NCBI GenBank assembly: GCA_046485285.1
Contig: JAWOHE010000057.1
Coordinates: 1-18,379, forward strand
DNA: 18,379 nucleotides
Source: a bacterium
GTDB taxonomy: Bacteria > Hydrothermota > Tepidihabitantia > Tepidihabitantales > Tepidihabitantaceae
Direction: 5' to 3'
Part shown: positions 1 to 8,320 of the stretch, piece by piece
How the letters are laid out: the number at the start of each line of letters is the position of its first letter
Numbering within the stretch: the first letter of the stretch is position 1
The notes under the pieces: model-generated
Databases searched by the model: none
What the model was told of the DNA's origin: nothing
The model's input: the letters and a program-made list of their open reading frames with translations, nothing else
Program-made: the position numbers and the translations under genes

Positions 1-2190
1 CGTCTCGCCGCCCGCGCCGACCCGCGCCCCGCGAAGAACCGGGCGCGCGTCCAGTACGTCCTGCCACATCACCAGGTAGCCCAGCCGGTCCGCCGCGACC
101 GCGAGCCACACGCGCTCGGGCCGGTCCGCCGCGCTCCACCGCCCCAGCTCGATGCCCCGGGAATCAAGCACCTCGCCGCCCGCGCCTGCCCGGACGCAGA
201 GGACCTCGCCGTCCTGCTCGCCCTCGAGCCAGGCAACGAGGAACCCGTCGCCGCACGATGCCACGGCCGGCGCGAGCCGGTTGTCGTGGCAGGACGCGAG
301 CAGGAAAGGGGAGCCGGGCATCAGCCCGCCGGACCCGGATACCCGGGCGCCCCGGAGCGTATCGCGGTCGCGCCAGCAGACCAGGTAGTCCCAGCCGTTG
401 AACGCGAGCGCCGGGGCGGACACCCTCCCGCTCTCGATGTCCAGCTCGAAGGTCGGGTTCTGCCCGCAGGCACCATCCGGGCCGATGCGCCCGCCCGACA
501 CCACCGACGTGCCACTTCTCTGCGACCTCGTCCGGGCGGCGAACCAGCCCTGCGTCCCGCCGGCGAGGTCGAAGCGCCCGTCGTCGACGTCGAGCGCCCG
601 CAGGTCCAGCGGCACGCTGTCGAGCAGGGCGCCCTCGGCGTTGAAACGGAAGCCCTTGAGGTCGCCCGAGCCGGGCCACGCCAGCAGGCAGACGTCCCCG
701 CAGGAAGCCACCTTCGGAAACCCGGTGGCTCTCTCGGGCTCGGCTGTGAGCCGGAACGAACCCAGCCGCCTGCCCCCGCGGCCGAGCGTCACCGCCCGGA
801 GTGCGACCCACTCCTCCTCCTCGACGTCCGGCTCGACCCAGGCCACGAGGAAGCCCGAACTCGACGCCCCGGCGGCAACGCCCAGTTGCCCCGCCGCGCT
901 GCGCACCGTCACCTCTTCGCCCGGCTCGCCCGGCCTGCCGTCGCGGGCAAGGCGCGCGGCGCAGAGGAGGTTCCCGTCGACATCGTGCTCCACCCACGAC
1001 AGCAGCAATCCGGAACCGTCGCCGGCGACGTCGAACTGGTACCCCTCACACTCGCTGGCCAGCTCCGCCTCGACTCCGTGGCAGGCCTCGTCAACCCGAC
1101 CATCGGGCCAGACTCGGCGGCTGCGGAGGCCGATGAACCCGGGACCGTGCTCCTGCCAGCAGGTGAGGAACGCCTCCCCGGTCCAGGCCAGCTCGGGCAG
1201 CCCGACCCGGCGCCTTGATGAATCCGCGCGCACGCGCAGCGGGACGGAATCGATGACGCACCCGCCGGGACCGATGCGCGCGGCGAGGATGCCCCAGCTG
1301 TCGGCCCCGGGACCGTACTCGCCCTCCCACGCCACCATCGCGCACCCTCCGCCCGCGGCCACGGCGACCGGCCAGTAGTCGGACTCGCTCTTCCTTCCGG
1401 CGACGACATCGGCCGTGTCGAGCAGGACGCCCTGCGCCGACACCCGCCGCACCCTGACCTCGCGCTCCGGGCGGTTGAAGTTGCCCACCCACGCGACGTG
1501 GAAGCTCGCGCCGTCGAAGGCAACCGCCGGGTACTTCTGACAGGAACTACTGTCCGAAATCCTGATTCCGTCGCCTTGCAGCACCACCCCGCCCGGCGTC
1601 ACCTGCGCCCCGCCGATGCGGTACTGCCCGTCGCCGGGGTTGGGCTCCATCCAGACGACAAGGAAGCGGCCGTCGCCGAACGCGACTGCCGGGGAGACGG
1701 CCCATGTCACTGAGAACACCGGGAACGGACCGCGCAGGACGCGCCCGGTGCTGTCGAGCGTGACGGCCATCACCGCCCCGCTCCTGACCGACCAGCAGAC
1801 CAGGTAGACCCCGCCGCCCCACGCCGCGGCGACCTGTTCCAGGACGTCGTCCTCGTCACCGGAATCGAGGAGCACCGGCCTGCCGGCAACGACGCGCCCG
1901 CCGTCGTCCGTGACGACTGCCACCAGCATCGACGAGACGTCATCCGCCCCGACGACGCCCTGCCACGCGACCAGCCAGCGGCCGCCGCCGCAGGCCACTG
2001 CCGTGGCGCGGCACTCTCTCAGCGGCCGCCCCGGCTGCCACTCCGGGTCGACAACGAACGGGCGGCCATCTCCGGGGATCGCGCGCGCGCCGAGCCCGGC
2101 CGGGTCCCGGGGACCGGGAAGCACCGGCTGGGCCGTCACGACGCCGGCGGCAGCGCCAACGGCCAGCAGGACAGCGACGATTCTTCTCAA
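1..2190 (-). CDS. Large secreted repeat protein, probably beta-propeller-like (3' end beyond the window)
   Basis: Hand translation from TTG at 2190 stays open to position 1 (730 codons, no stop, so absent from the ORF track). N-terminus MRRIVAVLLAVGAAAGVVTA-QP looks like a signal peptide. About 13 degenerate ~50-60 aa repeats such as PAVAFGDGRFLVVW, PAVAFDGASFHVAW, PALAFNGWDYLVCW...LRGARV, PAVASCGDGFLVAW...GEVLDSRGI. Purine-rich AGGAAGG and a promoter lie upstream. Confidence 0.85.
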   Translation of the reverse strand, partial: MRRIVAVLLAVGAAAGVVTAQPVLPGPRDPAGLGARAIPGDGRPFVVDPEWQPGRPLRECRATAVACGGGRWLVAWQGVVGADDVSSMLVAVVTDDGGRVVAGRPVLLDSGDEDDVLEQVAAAWGGGVYLVCWSVRSGAVMAVTLDSTGRVLRGPFPVFSVTWAVSPAVAFGDGRFLVVWMEPNPGDGQYRIGGAQVTPGGVVLQGDGIRISDSSSCQKYPAVAFDGASFHVAWVGNFNRPEREVRVRRVSAQGVLLDTADVVAGRKSESDYWPVAVAAGGGCAMVAWEGEYGPGADSWGILAARIGPGGCVIDSVPLRVRADSSRRRVGLPELAWTGEAFLTCWQEHGPGFIGLRSRRVWPDGRVDEACHGVEAELASECEGYQFDVAGDGSGLLLSWVEHDVDGNLLCAARLARDGRPGEPGEEVTVRSAAGQLGVAAGASSSGFLVAWVEPDVEEEEWVALRAVTLGRGGRRLGSFRLTAEPERATGFPKVASCGDVCLLAWPGSGDLKGFRFNAEGALLDSVPLDLRALDVDDGRFDLAGGTQGWFAARTRSQRSGTSVVSGGRIGPDGACGQNPTFELDIESGRVSAPALAFNGWDYLVCWRDRDTLRGARVSGSGGLMPGSPFLLASCHDNRLAPAVASCGDGFLVAWLEGEQDGEVLCVRAGAGGEVLDSRGIELGRWSAADRPERVWLAVAADRLGYLVMWQDVLDARPVLRGARVGAGGET

Positions 2191-2207
2191 GCTGCCTTCC
2201 TGACAGC

Positions 2208-2236
2208 AGTATAGCCCTCCGCCTCTCGACGGTCAA
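2208..2236 (-). promoter_or_regulatory. Sigma70-type promoter for the repeat-protein gene
   Basis: TTGACC (2236-2231), 17 bp spacer, TATACT (2213-2208); 17 nt upstream of the TTG start. Confidence 0.75.
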
Positions 2237-2263
2237 CCTTCCCGGGCCCGCGCCGGCCGGTGC

Positions 2264-2291
2264 TTGACCGCAACCGCAACCGGCCTATGCT
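2264..2291 (+). promoter_or_regulatory. Sigma70-type promoter for the EEP nuclease gene
   Basis: TTGACC (2264-2269), 16 bp spacer, TATGCT (2286-2291); divergent from the 2208-2236 promoter. Confidence 0.6.
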
Positions 2292-2358
2292 GGGATGGAC
2301 CGCCGGAACGACCCCGTGGCGACGAGTGCGCCCCGGGGCGGAAACAGAGGAGGCAGCC

Positions 2359-3282
2359 ATGCCCGTTCCCGCCGACACGCCGCTTGAGGCGAAAGAGCGC
2401 CTGGCCCTGATGGACCTGATGGACGCAGGCGAGTACACCGTCGCGAAGCGCCAGGTCGACGAAAACATCATCATCGCGACCTGGAACATCCGGCAGTTCT
2501 CGGAGAACAAGTCCTGGCGGGCGCTCAAGTACATCGCCGACATCATCGAGCGCTTCGACCTCGTCGCCATCCAGGAGGTCAAGACCGACCTCCGCGGCCT
2601 CGCCCGCCTCCAGGAAATCCTGCCCGGCCGCTACCGCGTGCTCGTGACCGACGCCACCGGCAACTCCGAGCGGTTCGCGTTCCTCTACGACGCGCGGACG
2701 GTCGAGCCGACCGGCCTCGTTTCCGACGTCGCGCTCGACATCGACGTCACCGACCACGTCGGCTTCCAGCTCCACCGGATGCCCTACTGCGCGTCGTTCC
2801 GCGCCGGCCGCTTCGACTTCACCATTGTTTCGGTCCACATCTTCGACACCAGCCCGGAGTTCAAGGAGAAGGAAATCGCCCTGCTCGCCGACCGGGTCGC
2901 CGCCAAGGCACGCAGGCCCGGTACCAAGGTGGTTGACCGCGACCTGTTCGTCGTCGGCGACTTCAACATCCGGAAGGAGGGCGACCGTTTCTTCAGGGCG
3001 CTGGTCGAGAAGGGCGAGTTCGAGATGCCGGAGGTGCTCAACAAGCTCACGACCAACTTCAAGCGCACCGGCACCTACGACAAGATCGCCTGGGTGCGCA
3101 GGCGCAGGGACATCAGCTTCGCCGGCCGCTGCAACGTCGTGCCCTTCTACAAGGCGGTGTTCCAGGACCAGGAACCGCCCGGCGGCTATGCGCAGGTCAG
3201 TGATCACCTGCCGCTCTGGGCCGAGTTTCGCGTCAACGTGCTGACCCAGCAGCTCGAGCAGGTCATCAACCCGGGGCCCTGA
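2359..3282 (+). CDS. Endonuclease/exonuclease/phosphatase (EEP, DNase I-like) family protein, ~307 aa
   Basis: Motifs ATWNIRQF, AIQEV, SERFAFLYD, HRMPY, VHI, VGDFN, YDKI, SDHLP. Start moved from 2260 to ATG 2359, which follows GAGGAGG and lies downstream of the promoter. No signal peptide visible. Confidence 0.9.
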   Translation: MPVPADTPLEAKERLALMDLMDAGEYTVAKRQVDENIIIATWNIRQFSENKSWRALKYIADIIERFDLVAIQEVKTDLRGLARLQEILPGRYRVLVTDATGNSERFAFLYDARTVEPTGLVSDVALDIDVTDHVGFQLHRMPYCASFRAGRFDFTIVSVHIFDTSPEFKEKEIALLADRVAAKARRPGTKVVDRDLFVVGDFNIRKEGDRFFRALVEKGEFEMPEVLNKLTTNFKRTGTYDKIAWVRRRRDISFAGRCNVVPFYKAVFQDQEPPGGYAQVSDHLPLWAEFRVNVLTQQLEQVINPGP

Positions 3283-3399
3283 CTGACGGCACCGCCCCGC
3301 CCTGCCATCGTCGGGACTGTGGCGAAGGGCCTGCGGGCGCGGCAGCATCCTCCCGCTCGGCGTGCCGGGGCGGCAGTTGCGGCCGGGCCCGGACGTCGC

Positions 3400-4566
3400 T
3401 CAGCGGCTCCCGAGGATGGCGGCGACCTGCTGGTCGATTTCCGGCCGGGCGTCCCGCGCCAGTTGCGCGAACGCCTCGTCCCCGAGCCGCGCACGAAGGT
3501 CGTCGAGGCACTCCCGCGCCGTCCCGGCATGGTGCGACTTGAGTTGCTCGAAGACCGCCAGCGCGACGGAGTAGTTGACCAACGCGGCCCGGTAGTCGTT
3601 CTCGACCTCGGCGAGCATGCCGAGCTGTCCCAGCGTCGTGGCGATTCCGGTCCTGCTGCCCAGCTCGCGCTTCAGGGCAAGGCTCTCCTCGTACAGCTCC
3701 CGGGCCGCGGCGACGTTCCCCTGCTCCTGGCTCAACATCGCGAGCTGGTGCAGGCCGCGCGCGATGCCGTGCTTGTCGCCGTGCTCCCGCGCGAGTTTGA
3801 GGCTTTCCTCGTACAGCTCCCGGGCCCGGCCGAAGTTGCCCTGGACCTGGTGGACCGTGGCGAGGTTGTGGAGCGTCTGGGCGACGGCGGGGGCGCTGCT
3901 GTGCCTGCGCGCGAGCACCAGGCTCTCTTCGTAGAGGGAGCGCGCGCGGGGGATCTCGCCCTTGACCTGGTGGATGAGCCCGAGGTGGTGCAGCGCCTTG
4001 GCCACCCCGCTGTCGTCCCCGAGCCTGCGGGTGAGTGCGAGACTCTCTTCGAAGAGCCTGCGCGCCTCGTCGAGCTCGCCCCAGTCGTGACGGACGACCC
4101 CGGCGTTGTGCAGGGCGATGCCCCGGCCCCGCTGATCGTCCAGTTGCCCGGCAAGGCGGGCCGACTCCTCGTAGTTCTCCAGCGCCTGCTGGCGTCGCTC
4201 GGCCAGGTAGTGGCAGAGGCCGACGAGGTTGAACAGGGCCGCCAGCTCGGTGCCCCGGGCTTCCTTCATCGCCGCGCGGTAGTGGCGGATGGCCTCGTCC
4301 CACCGGTACGCCCGGCGTGCCGCTTCGCCGAGCAGGAACCGGTCCCGGACCGGCGCGGCGGCGGCGGGCAGGCCGTCGAGGTAGGCCCGGAGGTCGTGGC
4401 GCAACCCTTCGACGTCCCGCTGGAGCACGTCCAGCCGGGTCTCGGTCATCCGGCCCTGGCTCTTTGAGCGGCGGTAGAGGTAGACCGAGAGCCCGATGCC
4501 CACCGCGGCCAGCACGACCCCGGCCAGCGTCCAGAAGAGGGCTTCGGGCATCCCCAGTACCGTCAT
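3400..4566 (-). CDS. Membrane-anchored tetratricopeptide-repeat protein (40-aa TPR repeats)
   Basis: N-terminal TM helix (LFWTLAGVVLAAVGIGLSVYLY-RRSK), short coiled coil, then about 6-7 repeats with 40-aa period (e.g. ALHNAG...EESL, ALHHLG...YEESL, TLHNLA...YEESL, GLHQLA...YEESL). Confidence 0.88.
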   Translation of the reverse strand: MTVLGMPEALFWTLAGVVLAAVGIGLSVYLYRRSKSQGRMTETRLDVLQRDVEGLRHDLRAYLDGLPAAAAPVRDRFLLGEAARRAYRWDEAIRHYRAAMKEARGTELAALFNLVGLCHYLAERRQQALENYEESARLAGQLDDQRGRGIALHNAGVVRHDWGELDEARRLFEESLALTRRLGDDSGVAKALHHLGLIHQVKGEIPRARSLYEESLVLARRHSSAPAVAQTLHNLATVHQVQGNFGRARELYEESLKLAREHGDKHGIARGLHQLAMLSQEQGNVAAARELYEESLALKRELGSRTGIATTLGQLGMLAEVENDYRAALVNYSVALAVFEQLKSHHAGTARECLDDLRARLGDEAFAQLARDARPEIDQQVAAILGSR

Positions 4567-4572
4567 GGTTCG

Positions 4573-4600
4573 AGTCTAGGGACGGCCCCTCGGCTGTCAA
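4573..4600 (-). promoter_or_regulatory. Sigma70-type promoter for the TPR gene (probably leaderless)
   Basis: TTGACA (4600-4595), 16 bp spacer, TAGACT (4578-4573), then 6 nt to ATG 4566; no SD. Confidence 0.7.
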
Positions 4601-4685
4601 TCCGGCCCCGGCCCGCGCGGCCCGCCGCGGCCAACGCGCGCAGGGACGCTCCTGCCATCCTGCGGCGGCCCGGCAGGTCGGCCGC

Positions 4686-4715
4686 TTGACATCCCACCCC
4701 GGCCGGCCGTAGACT
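4686..4715 (+). promoter_or_regulatory. Sigma70-type promoter for the 4755 gene
   Basis: TTGACA (4686-4691), 18 bp spacer, TAGACT (4710-4715). Confidence 0.65.
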
Positions 4716-4754
4716 GCATCCCATGTTTCGCGACACGCCGGCAGGCAGGAGGCA

Positions 4755-5219
4755 GTGATGGAGCTACTCAAGTTCGCGGTGCCGGGCCTGACCGCCCTGC
4801 TGGGCCTGGTGAAACTGCTCAACATCCCGGGCCGGGCCCTCAAGCTCCTGACCACCCTGCTCATCATCCTGAGCGGCGCCGGCTCGGCCGCGCTCATCGG
4901 GCAGAGCGGCAAGGCCGAGGCGCGCCGGGCCGTCGCGGCCGAGGAGGCCCAGCGTCGGGCCGAGGACAAGCTCAACCGGATGTCCGACGCCCTGCTCGGC
5001 ATCCAGCAGAACCTGGCCGAACTGCAGGTCCAGCTTGCCCGGGCGCCGCAGGGTTCGCCCGGCTCCGCCTCGGCCCGTACTGCGCTCGCGGCCACCCTGA
5101 AGAGGGTCAGCGACGCCAAGCTGATCGCCAACCCGGCCGAGCCGCCGGCCGAATCGAGCGAGACTCCCGCCGCGCCGGTCTCGCCTGCCGTCGGCACCCC
5201 GGACAGCGACGACCGGTAA
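4755..5219 (+). CDS. Hypothetical membrane protein: 1-2 N-terminal hydrophobic helices, coiled coil, Pro/Ser/Ala-rich acidic tail
   Basis: SD AGGAGG at 4747-4752 before GTG 4755/ATG 4758; GC3-rich codon usage; hydrophobic N-terminus; heptad-like segment EDKLNRMSDALLGIQQNLAELQVQL. Confidence 0.75.
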   Translation: MMELLKFAVPGLTALLGLVKLLNIPGRALKLLTTLLIILSGAGSAALIGQSGKAEARRAVAAEEAQRRAEDKLNRMSDALLGIQQNLAELQVQLARAPQGSPGSASARTALAATLKRVSDAKLIANPAEPPAESSETPAAPVSPAVGTPDSDDR

Positions 5220-5250
5220 GACCGCAGGGCCGCACCTGGAAATCCGCTTC

Positions 5251-5279
5251 TTGCGCCGGCCCGGCTTCCAGCCTACACT
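5251..5279 (+). promoter_or_regulatory. Sigma70-type promoter for the radical SAM gene (probably leaderless)
   Basis: TTGCGC (5251-5256), 17 bp spacer, TACACT (5274-5279), then 7 nt to in-frame GTG 5287. Confidence 0.55.
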
Positions 5280-5286
5280 TCCGGCC

Positions 5287-6372
5287 GTGGACTCCGGCCC
5301 GGTCCCGCTGTTCGAAGCCCAACTCGCCGCCGTCTTCCGCCGCGCGCTGGTGCTGAGCCTGGCCCGGCCGCGGCTGGCGTTGTTCTTCCTCCGCGCCCGC
5401 GCCGGCCAGCGCCGAGCAGCCCGCTTGCGCCGCGCGTGGCTGGCCCGCGGCATCCAGGTACCGCCGGTGATGATCGCCAGCATCACCAACCGCTGCAACC
5501 TGAACTGCGTCGGCTGTTACTCCCGCGCGCTCCGCTCCGCGGGCGAGCCGGAACTCGAGTCCGGGCGGTTCCGCGCCCTGCTCGAGGAGGCGCGCGGACT
5601 CGGCATCGGCATCGTCTTCCTCGCCGGCGGCGAGCCCCTGCTCCGGCCCGACCTGCTCGAGGTCACCCGCGACTTCCCGGGCATCGTCTTCCCGGTCTTC
5701 ACCAACGGCACGCTGATTGACGAAGGCTGGGTCCGCCGCTTCCGGGACCAGCGCAATCTCATCGCCGTCGCGAGCATCGAAGGCAGGGAAGCGGAAACCG
5801 ATGCCCGCCGCGGTGCGGGCATCTTTGCCGGGCTCCGCAACCTCGCCGGCCGGGTCCGGGATGCGGGTCTGTTCTGGGGCTGTTCGCTCACCGTGACGCG
5901 GGCGAACTTCACGGCGCTGGTCGAGCCGGGCTTCGTCGGCCGGCTCATCGAGGCCGGCTGCCGGGCGTTCTTCTACGTCGAGTACGTCCCGGCCCGGGAC
6001 GGAACCGAAGGCTGGACCCTGACCGCCGAACAGAAACGTCTGCTCATCACCCGGCTCGACGAGTTCCGCGCCGCGCACCGGGCGCTCTTCATCGGCTTCC
6101 CGGGCGACGAGGAGCAGTTCGGCGGCTGTCTCGCCGCGGGCCGGGGCTTCGTTCACGTCGCCAACTCGGGCGCGGTCGAGGCCTGCCCGTTCGCGCCCTT
6201 CTCCGACTCGAACACCAGCGAAATGAGCCTGCGTGAGGCGCTCGGCTCGAACCTCCTCCGCCGCATCCGGGAGAACCACGGCCGGCTCAGCGAGACCCGC
6301 GGTGGCTGCGCGCTCTGGGAGAACCGCGACTGGGTCCGCTCGCTGCTGGCCGGGCCCGACAGGACGGAGTAG
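5287..6372 (+). CDS. Radical SAM protein with C-terminal SPASM/twitch-like region
   Basis: CxxxCxxC motif (TNRCNLNCVGCY), GGEP, FTNGTL, SIEG...D.RRG.G, and C-terminal GCLAAG...EACPF...GGCAL. Start placed at GTG 5287 from the promoter position (track start 5251). Confidence 0.9.
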   Translation: MDSGPVPLFEAQLAAVFRRALVLSLARPRLALFFLRARAGQRRAARLRRAWLARGIQVPPVMIASITNRCNLNCVGCYSRALRSAGEPELESGRFRALLEEARGLGIGIVFLAGGEPLLRPDLLEVTRDFPGIVFPVFTNGTLIDEGWVRRFRDQRNLIAVASIEGREAETDARRGAGIFAGLRNLAGRVRDAGLFWGCSLTVTRANFTALVEPGFVGRLIEAGCRAFFYVEYVPARDGTEGWTLTAEQKRLLITRLDEFRAAHRALFIGFPGDEEQFGGCLAAGRGFVHVANSGAVEACPFAPFSDSNTSEMSLREALGSNLLRRIRENHGRLSETRGGCALWENRDWVRSLLAGPDRTE

Positions 6373-6432
6373 ACACCAGGACCCCGGGGCCAGGCCCCTC
6401 GGCCCCAGCCGATGGTTGGTCGGCCCGACCGG

Positions 6433-6996
6433 TCAGCGGCTCGAAGGCCCGGCGTCGGCGAGACCGAGGAGCGCCACGCGCCGGGGGTCGCGCGGGTCAA
6501 CCATCACGTTGACCGTGGTGCCCGGCGCATAGCGGCTGGCCGTGAGGCGCGAAACGACCGCGGTGGCGGCGGCGCGGTAGCTGTGGCCGTCCCGGCGCCG
6601 GACCTCGAGCTCGACCCGTACCTGCGGGTTCTTGTTGATCGTCACGCCGGTGTCGGCCAGGGCCAGGACGGTAGCCTGGGCCGGGACGCCGTTCTCGAGC
6701 GCGATGCCCGCTCCCAGCAGGAGGACCATCCTGCGGCGGGCGGCCCGGGCCATGAAGAAGAAGATGGCCGCGACCGCGACAGAGGCCCCGAGGATGATGA
6801 CGAGCGCGAGGACCGGCGGCCCGCCCGACGCGGCCGGGGTCCGGCCCCGAATGACCAGGAACGCGACAAGCGGGGCCACGACACCAACGAACAGCCCGAC
6901 CGCGCCGGCGATCACGCTCACCTTGATGCCTGTCCTGCCGGGCACCAACCATCCGGTGTCGCCCGGGCCCTCGCCGGTCCTGGGATTGTCCTTCAC
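6433..6996 (-). CDS. Two-TM membrane protein with C-terminal beta domain (DUF3592-like), ~187 aa
   Basis: GTG 6996 overlaps the MFS stop (GTGA) with GGAGG upstream. Two hydrophobic helices, then G..A.ATV...DTG..IN.NP...G..V.V.VDP.DP..VAL. The longer 442-aa track ORF is an artefactual extension through the MFS gene. Confidence 0.75.
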   Translation of the reverse strand: MKDNPRTGEGPGDTGWLVPGRTGIKVSVIAGAVGLFVGVVAPLVAFLVIRGRTPAASGGPPVLALVIILGASVAVAAIFFFMARAARRRMVLLLGAGIALENGVPAQATVLALADTGVTINKNPQVRVELEVRRRDGHSYRAAATAVVSRLTASRYAPGTTVNVMVDPRDPRRVALLGLADAGPSSR

Positions 6997-8258
6997 ACAA
7001 CACCTCCGTTTGACTCCGTCGCCTCCCGGCGCATGCCGCGGACGAACAGGAACCCGAGCGCGGCCAGCAGGACCAGCAATCCCCCGATGCCGGCCAGCGC
7101 GTGCCGCCACGAGGTCAGGTCCCCGAACAGCCCGACCGCGGTCGCCGAGATGATGAAGGTCGCGTTGCCGACAAACTCGCGCGTCGCGAACACCCGCGCC
7201 CGCGCCTCCGGTGCCGCCTCCTCCTGAAGGATGGTGTTCTGGACCACGCCCAGCCACGAGTATGACACCCCGGCGAGAAGGGCGACGACGACGAGGAACA
7301 GCAGCGAGAGGTGAAACGAGCCGGCAATGAAGAGCAGGCCGTAGAGCAGGATCGCCGCCAGTATCACCATCGGCCGGTTGACGCGCCCGGGCAGGAGTCC
7401 GATCACGACCGCGCCCCCGACCATCCCGACCGCGATGATGCCGGCGAAGACGCCGACCCCGACCGTTCCCTTGCCGAGGACCTGCTGGACGAGGTAGATG
7501 AGCACGGTGTAGGCGACCGCGCTGATCAGGACCGAGACGACGGTCGATGCCAGCACGAAGGCGATGAGCCGGCTGCGCGCGACGAGCCGGCCGACCTCGG
7601 CCAGCTCCCGGCCGAACCGCCCGGCCGCGGCGGCGAGCGAGTTGCCGAGCGGCGAGGCGTCGGCCGGGGCGCGCAGGCGCGCGGCAATCGTCAGCGCGAC
7701 CAGCCCGGCCGCGAGGTGCGTCGAGGCGTTCGCGGCCAGGCCGACACTCCAGCCCAGCCACGGCACCAGGAACCCGCCGAGGACCATCCCGAGGATGGTC
7801 GCGACCCGGGCCAGCGCGAGGCTCGCCGAGTTCGCGGCGAGGATGCCACGCTCGCCGACCACCGCCGGCAGGAGCGCCGGGGCCGCGGTGTTGTTGAACA
7901 GGTCGAGACCGAAGAACACGAACATCCCGGCCCAGCAGGGCCAGTAACTGCGCGCGAGCCAGGCCGCGAGCGGGGTCGCGAGCAGGACCGCGGACTGAAT
8001 CAGGTGGGTCGTCGCAAGAGTCTTGCGCTTGTCCCAGCGGTCAACCAGCACCCCGGCGAACGGGGTCAGCAGCAGCGTCGGCAGGGTGAAGACCAGCGCG
8101 CCCCCGGAGTAGCCGAGGAGCCGACCGGGTCGGGCCGCGGCGATGAGGGTGATGAGCAACATGTGGGTGAGCCGGTCCCCGAACTGGGAGATGGTCGTGA
8201 CCGCGACGAGCCGGCGGAAGTCCGGGACGCGCAGGACCGTGCCCAGGTTCGCCACCAT
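6993..8258 (-). CDS. MFS transporter (macrolide-efflux/DHA3-like)
   Basis: About 12 TM helices; FRRL...ISQFGD; motif A GVLVDRWDKRK; PALLPAVV; LQEEAAPEARARVFA. Confidence 0.92.
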   Translation of the reverse strand: MVANLGTVLRVPDFRRLVAVTTISQFGDRLTHMLLITLIAAARPGRLLGYSGGALVFTLPTLLLTPFAGVLVDRWDKRKTLATTHLIQSAVLLATPLAAWLARSYWPCWAGMFVFFGLDLFNNTAAPALLPAVVGERGILAANSASLALARVATILGMVLGGFLVPWLGWSVGLAANASTHLAAGLVALTIAARLRAPADASPLGNSLAAAAGRFGRELAEVGRLVARSRLIAFVLASTVVSVLISAVAYTVLIYLVQQVLGKGTVGVGVFAGIIAVGMVGGAVVIGLLPGRVNRPMVILAAILLYGLLFIAGSFHLSLLFLVVVALLAGVSYSWLGVVQNTILQEEAAPEARARVFATREFVGNATFIISATAVGLFGDLTSWRHALAGIGGLLVLLAALGFLFVRGMRREATESNGGVV

Positions 8259-8264
8259 CGTGCC

Positions 8265-8292
8265 ATCGTAGTCGCCGCCCGCCCGACGTCAA
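8265..8292 (-). promoter_or_regulatory. Sigma70-type promoter for the MFS gene (probably leaderless)
   Basis: TTGACG (8292-8287), 16 bp spacer, TACGAT (8270-8265), then 6 nt to ATG 8258; no SD. Confidence 0.65.
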
Positions 8293-8320
8293 GCCTCGAG
8301 GCGGGCGCGGCGCGGTCCGG

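Noticed and set aside
152-2236. Many track ORFs (164-997, 286-1218, 398-1378, 909-1523 and others)
   Set aside because: Low-complexity Arg/Pro/Ser-rich shadow frames of the real minus-strand gene at 2190 to <1.
3560-4260. 120-bp periodic DNA repeats as a CRISPR or tandem-repeat element
   Set aside because: They are the coding TPR repeats (YEESL motif); no repeat-spacer structure or cas gene in the window.
3266-5197. 643-aa minus-strand ORF
   Set aside because: Arg/Gly/Pro-rich alternative frame over the TPR gene and antisense to the 4755 gene; a GC-content artefact.
6373-6432. Intrinsic terminator between the radical SAM and DUF3592-like genes
   Set aside because: GC hairpins are present (GGGGCC...GGCCCC) but there is no U-tract on either strand, so it is not supportable.
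6997-7761. N-terminal extension of the 6433-7761 ORF
   Set aside because: Overlaps the MFS gene out of frame; a GTG start with SD exists at 6996.
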